Origin: Halocafeteria seosinensis
Lineage: Eukaryota
Reading direction: 5' to 3'
DNA: 64,000 nucleotides
Assembly (NCBI GenBank): GCA_001687465.1
Contig: LVLI01000101.1
Coordinates: 124,001-188,000, forward strand
How positions within the stretch are numbered: the first letter of the stretch is position 1; every line of letters begins with the position of its first letter. The notes beneath the pieces were generated by a model. It had not been told where the DNA came from. It did no database searches and saw only the letters and a list, made by a program, of their open reading frames with translations. A program made the translations under genes and the position numbers. Below are positions 1 to 13,404 of the stretch, piece after piece.

Positions 1-478
1 CGCTGCAATTTTGGTAATCAGTTCTTCCCTTTCCTTCTCTAATTTTTCACGCTGCTTGGGTGGTATTGCTACCGGTATCAGTACTTCGTCATTTTCCTCG
101 TTTTCGGTCTCGTGAGAGTGTTGCTGCGCCTGCTGTTGCTTCTTCTCCTGTTGATACCGTTCCTTTGCTTTCAATTCGATAAAGACATCATTCATCTGCG
201 GCACGTACAACTCTATATGACTTGCAGCTCACAAATAAAGCAAATCCTACATCATCTCTTACCAAGGAATCGTGTTGCCGAGCTCTTACAAACCATCCTG
301 CCGCCAGCATAGCCGGCATCCAGACCACCACTGCAAGGGAGGAAAATGAAGAAAAGTGTGCAAAGGACCGTATCCATGTCCACTTCCCATATATAACGAA
401 CGTACGTATCGTAGCAAACTTCCTCCCTGAAGGTCCTATCCTCGGAAAAGCCTCCTTCAGCCACTCCGAGTTAAACAT
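1..478 (-). CDS. Hypothetical single-pass membrane / coiled-coil protein (3' end beyond window start)
   Basis: ATG at 478; two GT-AG introns (gtacgt..ttgcag; gtagga..ccgcag) give MFNSEWLKEAFPRIGPSGRKFATILVVWMPAMLAAGWFVRARQHDSLVRDDMNDVFIELKAKERYQQEKKQQ..., open to the window edge. Confidence 0.6.
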
Positions 479-639
479 GGCCCTCTCTCAAGAGTTTACA
501 GCTAGCCATGAGAGAAAAAGACACGAAAAAGAATATAGGCAATCGTTAATCAAATTCAGAACGTAATCCAGCCCAAGCAAGGCTCAAGGGAAGGTGGTTG
601 AAGTTCCGGGCACCCATACAGGGAAGCGGGGAAAGTGTG

Positions 640-1092
640 GAGGTCAATGAGATCACGGGGACAAATGTATGTAATGCACCCGACTGTGGGAAGCTGTCGA
701 AAATGCGCTGCCCCACGTGTAAGAAATTGGTATCCCTGGCGGGTAGGAAACGTTGGCGAGGAATCGAGATAGCCAATTGGCTACTTAATGTCTGTCCGTC
801 TTCTTCCTTTGTGGCCAGTGGTAAACCAGCTACTGCATACTACACCCAATGTACCCCACTATGCGCCCAACAAAGCTATAGGTAAAATGAGACCAGGACA
901 CACCTTCACCATAGGACCAATGTAATGATTAATGCGGGATCGCCAAATGATTCGCAGACAACTGGACAGCTGCAACAGTAGATGGCAAACGCTCAGCACA
1001 ATCTGAGCATTCTTTTCTGGTCATTGAAAACGGAATGGAAATTCTGACAGCCTGATCTGGAGATCCTAGAGATCACATGGGGTGATCAGAGG
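640..1092 (+). pseudogene. Degenerate, internally deleted copy of the adjacent MetAP1 gene
   Basis: Zn-finger N-terminus [23 protein letters not shown] (~660-730) is followed by last-exon homology ([25 protein letters not shown]...[20 protein letters not shown]) with frameshifts and stops; the middle catalytic exons are missing. Confidence 0.85.
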
Positions 1093-1317
1093 CTAAAACT
1101 TCCAAGAGTTGGAAAACCAGTGCAATGCAAGAAAAGATTGCTTGAATATTACAATTGCTCATCATGCCTAGTGGAAAATTCTGTGGCGCATCGGTAATAC
1201 ATATTTATGTCATTTGCACTAGCGTATATTGTCTAACTGTCTCCGTCGCATATCAGAAAGTGCTGATTTGGACAGCCAAGTCTTCAGCCACCAGTACTGA
1301 CGCAGCATTTGGGTACA

Positions 1318-2918
1318 ATGAGCGCTACAGAAGCCTCACACGCCTCTGAAGAGGCGTCCACAGGGGCATCGTCTGGATCAACAAACGTGTGTAATACTCC
1401 GGGTTGTGGGAAGCCGTCCAAAATGCGCTGTCCCACGTGTAAAAAGCTTGGAATTCCAGGGGGGTACTTCTGTGAACAAGAATGTTTCAAGAACTATTGG
1501 CCTTCCCAGTACGTGTATTCAGTGGAATGACGCCCCGATAGGTCGAAGTCTACGGTATGCATGAAGTTTACGTTGTGTTGGAGTGCTTATGCTGTTCCTG
1601 CAGTAAAGTGTTGCACAAGAAATTCAAAGACGCCGTCAAGCAGTACCAGAATTCGGCGATGATGGATGACAAGACGGCAAGGTAAGCCTCCATGTTGCAA
1701 TATATGTATATCGAACTCGGTATTGACATGCTCACAATGGTATTCAGACGTATGCGAAAAGGGACATTTGAAGACTACGAGTTCACCGGCCCACTACGAC
1801 CTGGCAACGTGTCAACGCAATTGACTGTGCCTGACCATATTGGGAAGCCGGACTATGCTGAAGACTGTGAGTGTGCTTTCTTCCTTGATACTCGACCAAA
1901 TGCGTGCGTGAACTATATCTATGGTATCTTCAGCTATTCCCGATGGAGAACTTGCTTTGCGAGGGAGCACCAAGATCCATACAAACTCAGAGGAGGAAAT
2001 CGCCATAATGCGAGAAGCTGGACGAATTGCACGCGAAGTGCTAGAAGCTGGAGCAAATCAATTGAAAGTAGGAGCGACAGGGGATGATGTTGACAAAGCT
2101 GTGTTCAATGCTTGCATGGAAAAGAATGTATATCCAAGCCCTTTGAATTATCACGGCTTTCCGAAGAGTGTGTGCGTATCTACAAACGAAGTGATCTGCC
2201 ATGGAATACCTGACGATAGACCTTTTCAAGATGGAGATATCGTTAATCTGGATATCACTATATATCACAAGTAAGTCATAGCAAGCCTTACACGGTTGTG
2301 ATACATATGCGATGGTGTTTCCCATCTCCAATCTACCAGAGGACATCATGCCGACTTGAATGAAACATTCTTTATAGGAAACGTTGACGAGGAATCAAGG
2401 CGACTTGTTCGCACAGCATTCGAGTCCCTCAGTGAAGCTACTAAACTAATACGTCCGGGGACCATGTATCGGCAGTTGGGCCAGGCAATCACTAAGATAA
2501 CAAATCACGAAAGGTTTAGTGTTGTAAAGAGCTACTGCGGTCACGGTAAGTAGGACTGAGAATCCTCATTTTTTAAACCTGCGGCATAAGTTTGAAAATT
2601 CGGTTTTGCTCTTTTGTTGAGACAGGCGTGAACCAGCTCTTCCATACAACACCGAGTGTTCCTCACTACGCTCGTAACAAAGCTGTTGGGATAATGAGGC
2701 CCGGACACACGTTTACCATTGAGCCGATGATTAATGCGGGAACACCTCATGATGCCTTGTGGCCGGATCAATGGACAGCTGTTACAGTGGACGGAAAACG
2801 TTCTGCCCAATTCGAGCACTCTTTCCTTGTCACCGAGGACGGGGTGGAAATCTTGACGGCGCGGCCTGGAGACCCCAGAGATCACATGGTGTGGTCCGAG
2901 GACTATTTGCAGCGATGA
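1318..2918 (+). CDS. METAP1: Methionine aminopeptidase 1 (type Ib, N-terminal zinc finger), multi-exon
   Basis: Cxxxx[15 protein letters not shown]n finger; [58 protein letters not shown] and SAQFEH motifs across exons. Confidence 0.97.
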
Positions 2919-2996
2919 ATACACTCCAAAACATGAATTACTAGGCATAGTGTAACGGTCCCATTTATTGTTCTAAAAAAATTATTTGGAGCAACG

Positions 2997-5900
2997 CTAT
3001 TTCTTTCGCTTAGGTCTAAACTTTTTCCTTTGGCCTGTCCCTGAACTGACTAGGTTGTTAGGATTTTGTCCGCCTGGCTGAGGGGCGGTCTGAATCGACA
3101 AGCCAGGAGCTTGGCCTTCAGAATTTCCGAAAGAAGTTTGAGCGCCGGAAAACAATGATTGGCCTCCGCCACCAGTGCTGCCCATAGCATTATAGGCTGG
3201 TTGCGAGCTGAAACCTGAAGGGGTCTGGTTAGAGCTTGCGGGCGAGGGTTGAGGCAGGCCGCCTTGGTTGGACAAGAATGTGGGTGCTTGCGGGTTTGTC
3301 TGACCAAAACCCCCGAACAAGGATTGGGAAGTGGAGGACGATCCCTGGCCCCCACTACCGCCCCCAAATAGGTTTGCATTTTTGTTGGAGCCCGAGAACA
3401 AGCTTGCACTAGCTTGCTGCAAGTTATTTGCGGAGCTGAAGGGGAGCGCAGAGCTGTCCGTGGATACAGCATCGTTCGAGTTGGATCCGAAGATGCTGGC
3501 CTGCGGGGCTGGAGGCTGCGAGTTGCTTACCGGGAAATTTGTAGCGCCCTTTGAAAACGGATTGGCATTGCTTTCCATAAAACTCTTGTTGCCAGTTGTA
3601 TTAGACTCGTGCCCAAGAAAGCTACCTGTACTAGCATTTTGGTTATCTGTTTCCGGTTTTCCAAAAGAGGAACTAAACAAAGACCCCACTTTATTTTCGC
3701 TGGTAGAGCCTCCACGGGAAGGGTTGCTCTGCCACTGTGAGCTGGTATTAGTGTTAGAAAAGAGCGAACTGGAAGGATATGCACCTACTGACGTGCTTGC
3801 GTTGGACGAAGAAGTCGTGCCGATACCCGAGAAAATGTTGCCAGCAGCAGACGATGTAGGTAGAGTTGATGCCGTTTCAGTCTTCGCCGTAGAAAAACTA
3901 CCCCCAAAGAGACTACTGCTCTGAGAGTGCGTTGCAACAGCACTCATAGTATGAGACGTAGAAACTGCCGAATTCGCATTGCCAACTCCGAAGAACGACG
4001 AACTCTCTTTATCCGGAAAGCTCGTTGTGGAAGGGGGTTTACTCCAAAAACTATCCTCAGTCTTGAATGAGGAACCACTAGAAACAGAGAAAAGAGACGT
4101 GGCTTTTGGTAACTCCGTAGCATTGTTGGATCCTAATGATGTCGTTGTCTTCACCTGCAGCGTCTCGGCACCGGTGCTTTCACTGGCAGAAGCAGTGTTG
4201 GCATAGGCGCTACTAACTTCTTGTCTAAATAATGATGGGCCTGAATCCGTTTTGTTGTCGCTTTCAGCAAATGCGCTGCTAGCCCAAGTAGTGCGCGACT
4301 GAGCGAATGAATTAGCAGGTGTTGTCGAGGTAGTAGTGGTGTTCGTCGCAGATGGTCCGGCGAAGGACTTGTCGGTGTCGTACTGCTCCTTGTTAATATT
4401 GGCGAAAAAATTCGGACTTGTTGAGCTCTGTACGGGAAAGGATGAGTCCTTGTTCAGCAGGGAGCTTCCAGTCGAATTCAGGCTTGGTGCCGTGTCTATT
4501 GTTGGATGAGCATCTGCTCTCGCTCGTCGCTTCTTGTTCGAGCCTTCGTTTGTTCGATCCTGGGTAGAAACCTCGCCTCGCTCTTCATTTGTAACGGAGT
4601 TCCTCTCATCTCTAGTTTCCGTTTTCTCAATAAAACCAAATACGCTGTCTTGAGTATTGCTGGCAGAAGTACCGCCTGGTGTCCCAGCTAGGCCACTTGG
4701 AGGGATCGTAACACATGCGGAACTACTATTTCTCGTCAACGGTGGCGGTCTCGAAGAATTTCGTCGTCTTCGCTTTGACTTGGTTTCTTTAGAACCTCGC
4801 TCTTTGCCACGGCGCTTATCTACACTCCTCCTATCCGTCCTTCTTATGCGTCTGGCATTTCGTTCGCTAATAGGCACTGGGAAATCCAATTCGTCTTCAG
4901 AGCTGCTATCAGAGTCATCAGACAAAAACTCCCGGTTACGTTTGCTCCCAGACAGTGCTTCTTCATACATTTCATAAAAAGCTTCCACGATCTCCTTGCG
5001 AATCTGCTTCCTTCGTTTCCGGGATATATTTTCATCATAATTTACCCGACTAAGAGCTTCCCTCTTTGCAGAGTCTTGATCACTCTCGCTTCTCTTTCTC
5101 TTCGGCGCGGACGTTTGCTGAGCCAGAATTAGTTCATGATGGTTTAATACATTTTCATCTTGGGGCTGTTTAGAGTTCGCATTATATTCTTGACGTTGTT
5201 TTTGGATGTCACCTACGGCACCTTGAGTTGCAGAGTCCGCTCGCATGGAATGAAGTTCACTGTCACCGGGAGCTGGTCTTGTTTGATCTCCAACGATGTC
5301 CGTAAAACGTTGCGAGTTGAGTCCATCGCCTACTAACGAAGTCGCCGTACTTGGACCTATGCCCCCATTTACCGACTCTGAGCCCACGGTTCCGGAGGTA
5401 CGTGCTTCTTGATGTTCCGGATTATGTCTCTGTTCCCAGTCGGTTGCAGGAGGGCCTATATAAGGGGCAGTCCTGGACGGCGGTGTCTGAGCGCGTAATA
5501 ACGACAAAGAGGTCGTACCCGACAGCTTCTCGTTGTCTTGAAACAATTGTGACGACCCCAACTGGGATCGGGAGAACGTCTTGTCTGCATGATCTCCACT
5601 CCAGACTTCCGGTCGTTGGTGTAAGGAATGGCTTGATACTCTGCTTTGCCCGTCCCCCCGACCGTAATCCCCATTATCTTGGCTTTCCATAGTGGGCCAT
5701 CTGCTGGAGGATCGCTTGCCATATGAGTCGACGTCGGTAGCATCGTGGGGCGTGTTGCGAGCCCTGAGAGTAGATGACGGCGGGGACTGTCTAAAGGACA
5801 CCGTGCTATCTGCAGATACCATGAGCAAAAGAGAGGTTCAATACTGATCATTAGACACGCAACAATGATAAACAACGATTGCTTTAACCGTACCTCTTCG

Positions 5901-6290
5901 ACTCCCGCTAGTTGGAACTTGTTTCCTCCGGCCACTATCTGAAGCCCTCCTGCTCGGAGTATTCAGACTTGTATGGGAGAACGATATTGGTTGTTGTCGA
6001 ATTGGTACACTGCACCCGGTAAGAGAAACCCTGAAAAGTAAAGAGCGACAATCTGCTAATCAACAGATTCATCATATTAAAACTCACCTCTTAGTGGCAG
6101 CGTTCTGCCAGTTCCTTACTAGGCCAAGCGCCAATGCAAGGAACACACCCAACAGGAGGGCATTCCACCCTATACTAAACACGTCCCACGAAGATGACGA
6201 AGGGGTTGTTGTTAAGTTTGATGACCCATGTGCATATTGAACAGCTCCCAGTAACAATACGCTCAGCGTCGTCGTAAGGTGAGAAGCCAT
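2997..6290 (-). CDS. FG-repeat nucleoporin with N-terminal signal peptide/transmembrane anchor (POM121-like architecture)
   Basis: Exons 6290-6088, 6030-5894 and 5809-2997 join in frame (introns 6087-6031, 5893-5810). Hydrophobic N-terminus plus TM (WNALLLGVFLALALGLV), basic NLS clusters, S/T/G-rich tail with SLFG/IFG/NLFG/GFG motifs, ends RKKFRPKRKK. Confidence 0.72.
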
Positions 6291-7161
6291 GTTGGTCGCC
6301 ATAAGCAAACGATTCCCCCTTTGTCGTCCTCTATTTCCCTCCGAGTTCGATCGATACATTCCCACGGTCAGAGTGCCAGAGCCTTCCGTGAATTTTATCT
6401 TCCCTTACTAACTCGCCTAAGAAGAGTATGTATAATTTAGTAAAGGGCAAGTTAAACGCCAATGAAAAGTCTCTGTTCATGGACACAAGAACGCACTCAA
6501 TATAGCTTTAGGTTAATTAAGCCGTTTGCGAGTACCTTTCGTCCACTTCTAAGCATACTCATGCACATAGCTAGACAACCCTAAAGCGCGAGTGTATAAT
6601 GAAGCAAGAGTAAAGGGTCTTTCAAAAGACGTGGGAAAGTGTGTCAGAATTTCCGAACAATCAATACTGGGAGTTAGACAAGAAGTGAAATTTTTGCCTG
6701 GGCACATTTTCCGAGCTGAAAATTCGCGGCGCAACAACTGAGTGGAACGTTGTTCAGGCAACGCATATGTGCGATACTTCTTCATGGCGAAAGTGCCATT
6801 AGGAGTTAGTGCTTATCGACCCAGTTAACCGAGAATTCTCGGGCCATTTTGAGAACTCTGTGACCCAAAAATAACGTCAAAAGAAGAGTCTTAAAACACG
6901 GAACAGTATGAAGAAATAATTCATTTATGTCGTGTTTTCATGAATCACGAGTCGATGGGCTGCAACATTGGATTCCTCCCCAGACTGACAGAGAGGGACC
7001 CCAGTTGGCTTCGGCAATCCGGCACGGATCGATCCGGGCCCTGAATAGTTGAAGGTCCGGGTTTGAACAGTGTTATACAGGGTTTATTGGATCGGTTCTG
7101 AGTTTTTCACCCTCTTATTCTCACCGTATATAAGAATTTCTGTTCCCGCGAATCCGAAACG

Positions 7162-9994
7162 ATGGGGAATCAACCGAGCTTGGCCAAGGAACAGCATGCC
7201 TATGAGACAGACGATCTTCGAATTGGCACGGCTGAAATGAAGGGATGGAGGGCAGACATGGAGGTACGTTAGCTCCCCTTTTAAACCTGTTTTTTGAAGC
7301 CTTCGTCGGCATGATTGCACTCTACTTTCCATGACCAAAATGCTCTACAGGATGCTTGTGTATGCTGCGAGTCTCTGCCGGGAAAACCAGACTGTGCGTT
7401 ATTGGCAGTCTTCGATGGACATGGAGGTGATACCATTGCCAAAGCATGGTAAGTGCAAAATTGAAGTATGGGCGTTTACAAGTGTATACTCTCGATGGAA
7501 GTGGTCTCATTATCATGCTAGTTTTGTTCAGCGCTGAAAAAGTTGTTGATGTTCTTGAAAATGTACCGGGCTATCGGGAAGCCGACAGCGAGGACAAGTG
7601 GAAGGCTGTATGCTACCAGTTATTTGTTAAACTGGATGAAATTTTAAAGGAAGAATACCCCCAAGAGGGAGACCGAACAGGCGCTACCGCGGCAGTAGTT
7701 GTCGTCACTCCGACGACGATAATCTCAGCGTCAGCCGGGGACAGCCGAGCTGTACTCGCCTTGAAGGGGGAGGAAGATGATCATATCTGTTTATCGGCGG
7801 ATCACAAGCCTACTCAAGTACGTTATAAGTGCATTTGTATCCAGAATTTTCCATCTTTGGTAAAGTTGCGGGAACTGCAGGATGAAGAGACTCAGCGGAT
7901 CGAGAATGCAGGAGCAGCAGTATTGTTAGGAAGAGTGAATGGGGAACTGGCTGTCAGCCGAGCATTCGGAGATTTTTGCTACAAAACAAGCAAGGATCTA
8001 CCGCTCGATCAACAGGCTGTAAGCTTGCCTAAATTTCCTGTTCATTTTGATACTAACGGACATTCACTAAACTTATTCGAATCCAGGTAACCGCGGCACC
8101 GTACATCTATGCCCACTCTCGTACAGGCGGCGAACAAGCTATTATAATAGCTTGCGACGGCATTTGGGATGTTATGGATAATAAGGAAGTCTCTGATTTC
8201 GTAAGGCACCGCCTTGAAAAGGGGCGCAGAGACATGAAAAAGTTATGCGCGAGCTTGGTCGACACATGCCTCGGTGAAGGTAGTCGAGACAACATGACCG
8301 CTATTATTGGTGCTTTCAGAGGCTATTTAGCTCAGCTAGGCTTTTCTGACGACGAATCACCACCTCCTAGCCCGTGTCCACATGATTTTCGTGATATGGG
8401 CTCGCAATCTCCAGATTCCGAGGATGATGAACACGATAGGGAACCAGAGTCTCCCGATGATGATGCAGCGGCCAACTCACCATCTGATGACGAGGGAGAA
8501 GAGTACAACGGTAGTTATGCGAAACAGGAGAGCGCCGGCTACAGAGTCCAAATGAATACTACTGCTTCAGATGATGAACAGGTAGCCACTTTGGAAGAAG
8601 CCTTACGCAAGTCCGAAGAGGAAGAACATTGGCGGGAGTTGAATGAAAATGAAATGTATGACGACTCAGCAAAGCTAGGTGATGTAATGAGACTCAACGG
8701 AAGCTTTCGACGAAAAGATGATGGCGAACATCATGTTAGTTCGGTTGTTTCTAGTACCGATAGTGAAGGCTCTCGTTCATCCGGAGGCCCGGATCAACAT
8801 GAAGAGGAGAGCAGCTTGTGGCAGAATGGAGGTGGTAATCATGTACTTACCCGTTCCCAGCGGAAGTCAGATGAGCCTGATGCAAGTCAGCATCTTGGCA
8901 GTACCGTGTACTCAAGGTATCGGCACTTGGCCGGTGCGGGTGAGGAACGAAGCGGTGGGTCTAACGCAAGACATAGAGAGGTGACCTCAGATGATGCGTT
9001 GGCCAAGTCTGCTACGGAACGACGCCGAAGGGCACAAGAACGCTTTCTCACTAGGCTGCAGCAATCTTTGAATGGAGACGATGGGAAAGGGACATATTTT
9101 TCAAGAACAACACGTCATGTGGATTCCTCTGAGTTAAGCCACAAATGCACGCCGACAGATCAGCTGTACAGGGCAACCGATCAACCAGTGAAACAGCAGA
9201 GGAAAGCCGGGAATACGCATGTAGCAGTGCGAACAGAGGGACGTGATATAGATGTTACACCATCCACGCACCAGCACTTCTATAGTCCGATACCGGTTGT
9301 TAAGGTTGGGAACCCGTCCGCGAAACAGGCAACCAAAAATGCAAGGCCCAGGTCAATACCACCGACACATAGGAGACCAAATAGTGAAAAAACTACTCGA
9401 ATAGAAGCGAAACCTCGACCGAATAAAGACAGCAAACAACAGCGTGCTATCTCCAGCACGCCGCGCGCACGTAGCTCCCGCCCGCGGAAAAGGAAGTCTC
9501 AACCACCGCAAAGCGATCATAAGTCGACCCATGCCAACAGCTCATCGCGGAGGACCTTTACACGAGACGTAGATCCAGTAGACCCGACATGGATCTCGAG
9601 ATTTCTTAGCGACAACACTGAAGGAGTAGAGAGAGGAACTCAAACAGCAAGGCCGGTTCCTCGCTTCCAGGCTTCGAAAAACCGGCAGCGCGTCCCAAAT
9701 GCGACTATACGAAAAGCGGACAATAAACCAGCTACACGCAATCCTGTGCGAGCCGGAAAGGGACATGAAAATTCGAACACCCAACGGGTTTCCAGGGTTG
9801 CTGGGAGGAGCAAACCGTCGACTGAGAAGACACGACGGATAAGACCAACGCCACAGTCAGCAAATGCAAACGCAGATTCGTTAGTTAGTAACACCCCGGC
9901 AAGTTCTATTAAAAAAGTGCCAAAGCGCACTAAAAGCCGTAGTAAACCCACTCGGCGCCATCAACGAGTAACCGTAGACGATTCAATGTTGTAG
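7162..9994 (+). CDS. PP2C/PPM protein phosphatase with long disordered C-terminal tail
   Basis: Spliced MGNQPS...[61 protein letters not shown]. Confidence 0.93.
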
Positions 9995-10069
9995 ACAAAT
10001 TAACAACCTTACCACACCTTCCTTTTCTGCAATCTCGCCCAATTTCACTGGTGCGGCGTGTGTATTGTC

Positions 10070-11872
10070 TTAGTGCTTAGGGTCATCCCCGTCTGAACTT
10101 TGCCCCGTATCATCAATTGTGCTTCCAGTTGAGTCGGAGTCTGAATCATCACACACAAAACGCTCATTTCCTTTCAATTGTTCGCATTCTTGAATACTGA
10201 TGTATTCATTCTCAACACGGAAAACGAGCCATTGGATTCTCCGAAGTACTTCCACTGTTTGGAGCCATAGAGTCCATTCTTCGGGATACTGATGTGGGCT
10301 AATACCAAAAGCCCAGGCCACTCTTCCAAACGCGTTCGTGACCATCGCAACATAGTAAAATTTTTTACTAAACATCGTGCGCGGACGTAATGCGAAGGGC
10401 GAGGTTGTTCGCCATAGTCCCCAGTCCATAGTAACATCCCACACGTAGCAGTAGACTGTCTTTATAACAAGTGCAACTACCCATGCATGATAATAAGGCG
10501 TCTCATGGTTTTTGCCTCCTTGATAGATAGTCAGAGTATCGGTTGCTACCACTGCCAAAGCGCTGGCATACTTAAGAGCATTAACCAGATGCTGATGAGC
10601 CGCCCATCCCCTCTTACCATTCCACAGTGCTTCGAAGTATCGAGACATACACTGTAGAAAACGAAGCCAAAAAGGCAAGGCAGTAGCAAAGGGCAACATA
10701 ACCATATCGTACAGAGTTCCTGTCCCACAGTGTTGATCAGCGGCCCCTGGCTGGAGCCACCCAGTTGTAGCAAGAGAGCACAGACCATACTGAAATCGGT
10801 ATATAGCTGTACCAGCAGAAGTTAAAATATCCGCAACAACGTTTGCGACGAACGTCACTGGATATGCAAAAGGGGCCGCAAAGCATTGTAAGAGCACTCT
10901 CCCTAAAAAGAACCTTGATTGCGGATGCAGCACGCCAGGAAGAGTAAAGAACAAAATGTGCGATACAAGCAAGACGAGCAGTAGCGCCGTGGCAATGCCA
11001 TTGTATTGAGTATCTCTCCAGCCAATGACGAAACATACCGCTGCCGCAGCTAGCTGAAACGAAGCTAATATCGCGGACAATCGCGCAATACCGCTACGAC
11101 GCAGCACATAGCCTCCCTTTAGATTGAACACTCTCGCATAATTTATCCCCGATCTCATCCACAACCGAACATCCATAGCATATCCCCAACCAAACAATGT
11201 AAACATGATCAACGCTGTAAGCAAATAGTACTGCCCCTGCTCGTATGCCGGGAAAACCTTATCGTCGTTGAAGAACGGCAGAACTAAAAACATTGCAATT
11301 TCTGGAACGCGTAATAGCATAGTCTATTCGTGCAGGTAAAACGATCACATATTTCGCCGTACTTACCCACTACAGTCAACAAAAGAGTCCATGTCCACCC
11401 TTTCTTACCCTGATGCAAGAGCCATTGCATCCGGGCATGGTTCGTGTTGTGTATGTGCGCGTCCAGTACTTCCCGCGGCACATGATGGCCATAATGCCGC
11501 TTATGGTGGTATGGACTCTCATCGCCGTTGACGGCGGAGTAGGGAGCCTCTACCTCTCCGAAATACTCCTTCCCTTCCTTCCAATGACCTAATATAGGCA
11601 CCTGCAGCACCTTCATTGCGTCACACATTGTCGTTTTACACGTTTGTTTCTCCATTTTCTCGTACCTGATCTTCCCTTCTATTCTTGGCCATGTCCTCCC
11701 CGATCACAGCGTACGCGATGCTGGCCAATAGTCGGTGCAAGTGTCTATACACCGCCGAAAACGACGATAAATACCATCGGACAAAGGTTGACCGGCCGCA
11801 AAGCCCTCCTTTCCTTACCACATGGCTTTCTACTAGATCACACACTTACGGTAGCGCTATACCAGCGTTCAT
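10070..11872 (-). CDS. EXS-family (ERD1/XPR1/SYG1) multi-pass membrane protein, no SPX domain
   Basis: GINYARVF, ADILTS, LPFWLRFLQCMSRY, HLVNALKY, YCYVWDVTMDWGL, EVLRRIQWLVFRVENEY; short upstream exons spliced from ATG at 11872 (5' structure less certain). Confidence 0.88.
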
Positions 11873-12200
11873 ATATCAACTACACTCTTCTTACTATACT
11901 CTCTGAGTGACGGGGGGCGACGTATACAGTGTACTATACACGTGTTACATGGTGTTTCGGAGCGATCCCGGGCGCTACGCCCGGTTTGCTCTCGGCCCGG
12001 ATATCCCAGATATTCATTCACTACACAACATTGCTCCAGCGGTGGGCAGGATAGCATGGTTAAGCCTATCACAAGCGATAGTATTGTTGAAGCGCAGAAG
12101 TTGCCGCTGTGGGACTAAGAATCCCTGGTGGGTGTATTGAGTATTGCAGCCAACGAAAATAAGCGTTGGATATTGTACCGTAATCCCACGCTAAGCAGCG

Positions 12201-13404
12201 ATGCTGGGTCGATACGTTTCCCAGGCTGTGTATAGTGGCACCAGAGGTGTACCACGAATTTCTAGACAATGGAGCATCGGTACCAATGGATTCAGTTCTA
12301 TGGGGAACGAGATGCCTGCGGCAGCGGCGACGCTATCAACCCCACAAGGACGTAAGTTGAGTTCGAAACTGGATTGCGGATAGATACGCTGTACATCCAA
12401 GCATACCACGTAGTACAGAGTCAAATATTTGGGGAGCATGGGGGAAACTGCTAACTGCTTCTGTTTTTGGAATCGGAGCTGTAAGTACAAGTTGTATTTA
12501 CGCTATTCCCCGCAGTTGCTAGGAAAATAATCATACTTTGATGTGTTCCCGCCCGACGTACGTTCAGGGTTGTCTGTATAACACAGTGAAATGTGAAGAC
12601 AATGTAACGCGAGATATGGGTACGTGGCAATTCCCCATGTTGTTCTGACTGTTAGTTGGGACTCATCTCCTCTCTGCTTTCTTCAGCAAGCATGTACCAT
12701 CCTAACGCCATATGCTGTGAGTCTCGTGCAACACGAACATTATTCACCAGGATTCGGTCAACCGAGTGTGATACGGAGAGTTTTGTACATTATTCGGACC
12801 GACTAATGAAGTGAGTCTTGTGCCGGCAGTCGTTCGGTAAACGTTACAACCTGGGCAAGTGCTTGTCTGCAGTCTTCTTGCTGAGGAAGGCTTATCACGA
12901 CTCCCCGCGGTTAAACCCCAAACTGTCAATACACCGTGCGGTACATACAGAGGCTATCAATCCCCACAGGCTCATGAGATTGTGGCAGTATCGATAGTTC
13001 GAGCTGGAGACTGTCTCCTGAACGCAGTTCGGAGAGCTGTACCTGGTTGCAGTGTAGGGAAGATATTAATCCAAAGGGATGAAACAGATCCTGAAAAGAA
13101 GCCTGTACTGATGTATGTAAAACTTCCGGATAGTATACAGAATAAGCAAGTACTCTTGGTGGATCCGATGCTGGCCACCGGTGGTTCGGCATGCAAGGCC
13201 ATTGGAGAATTGGTCAGAAAGGGTGTTCCCGAAGAGAACATTCTCTTCTTAAATGTAGTTTGCTGTCCTGAAGGACTGCGAAGAGTCGCTAAAGAATTCC
13301 CTCGTGTTCGAGTGGTCACAGCTGCTGTGGATTCTGGATTGGACGGGCAGAAATACATTGTACCAGGAATCGGCGATTACGGTGATCGGTACTTTGGGAC
13401 GTAA
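12201..13404 (+). CDS. UPRT: Uracil phosphoribosyltransferase with N-terminal targeting-like extension
   Basis: FVHYSDRLM, VSIVRAG, GKILIQRDE, VLLVDPMLATGGSA (PRPP loop), YIVPGIGDYGDRYFGT; introns 12352-12418, 12481-12567, 12620-12686 and 12811-12872 keep frame. The core gene (from ATG 12616) is certain, the extension is probable. Confidence 0.9.

Noticed and set aside
3050..5935. Many alternative-frame and antisense ORFs over long exons (also at 26166-26693 and 37443-38119)
   Set aside because: Shadows of low-complexity coding exons with no independent coding signal
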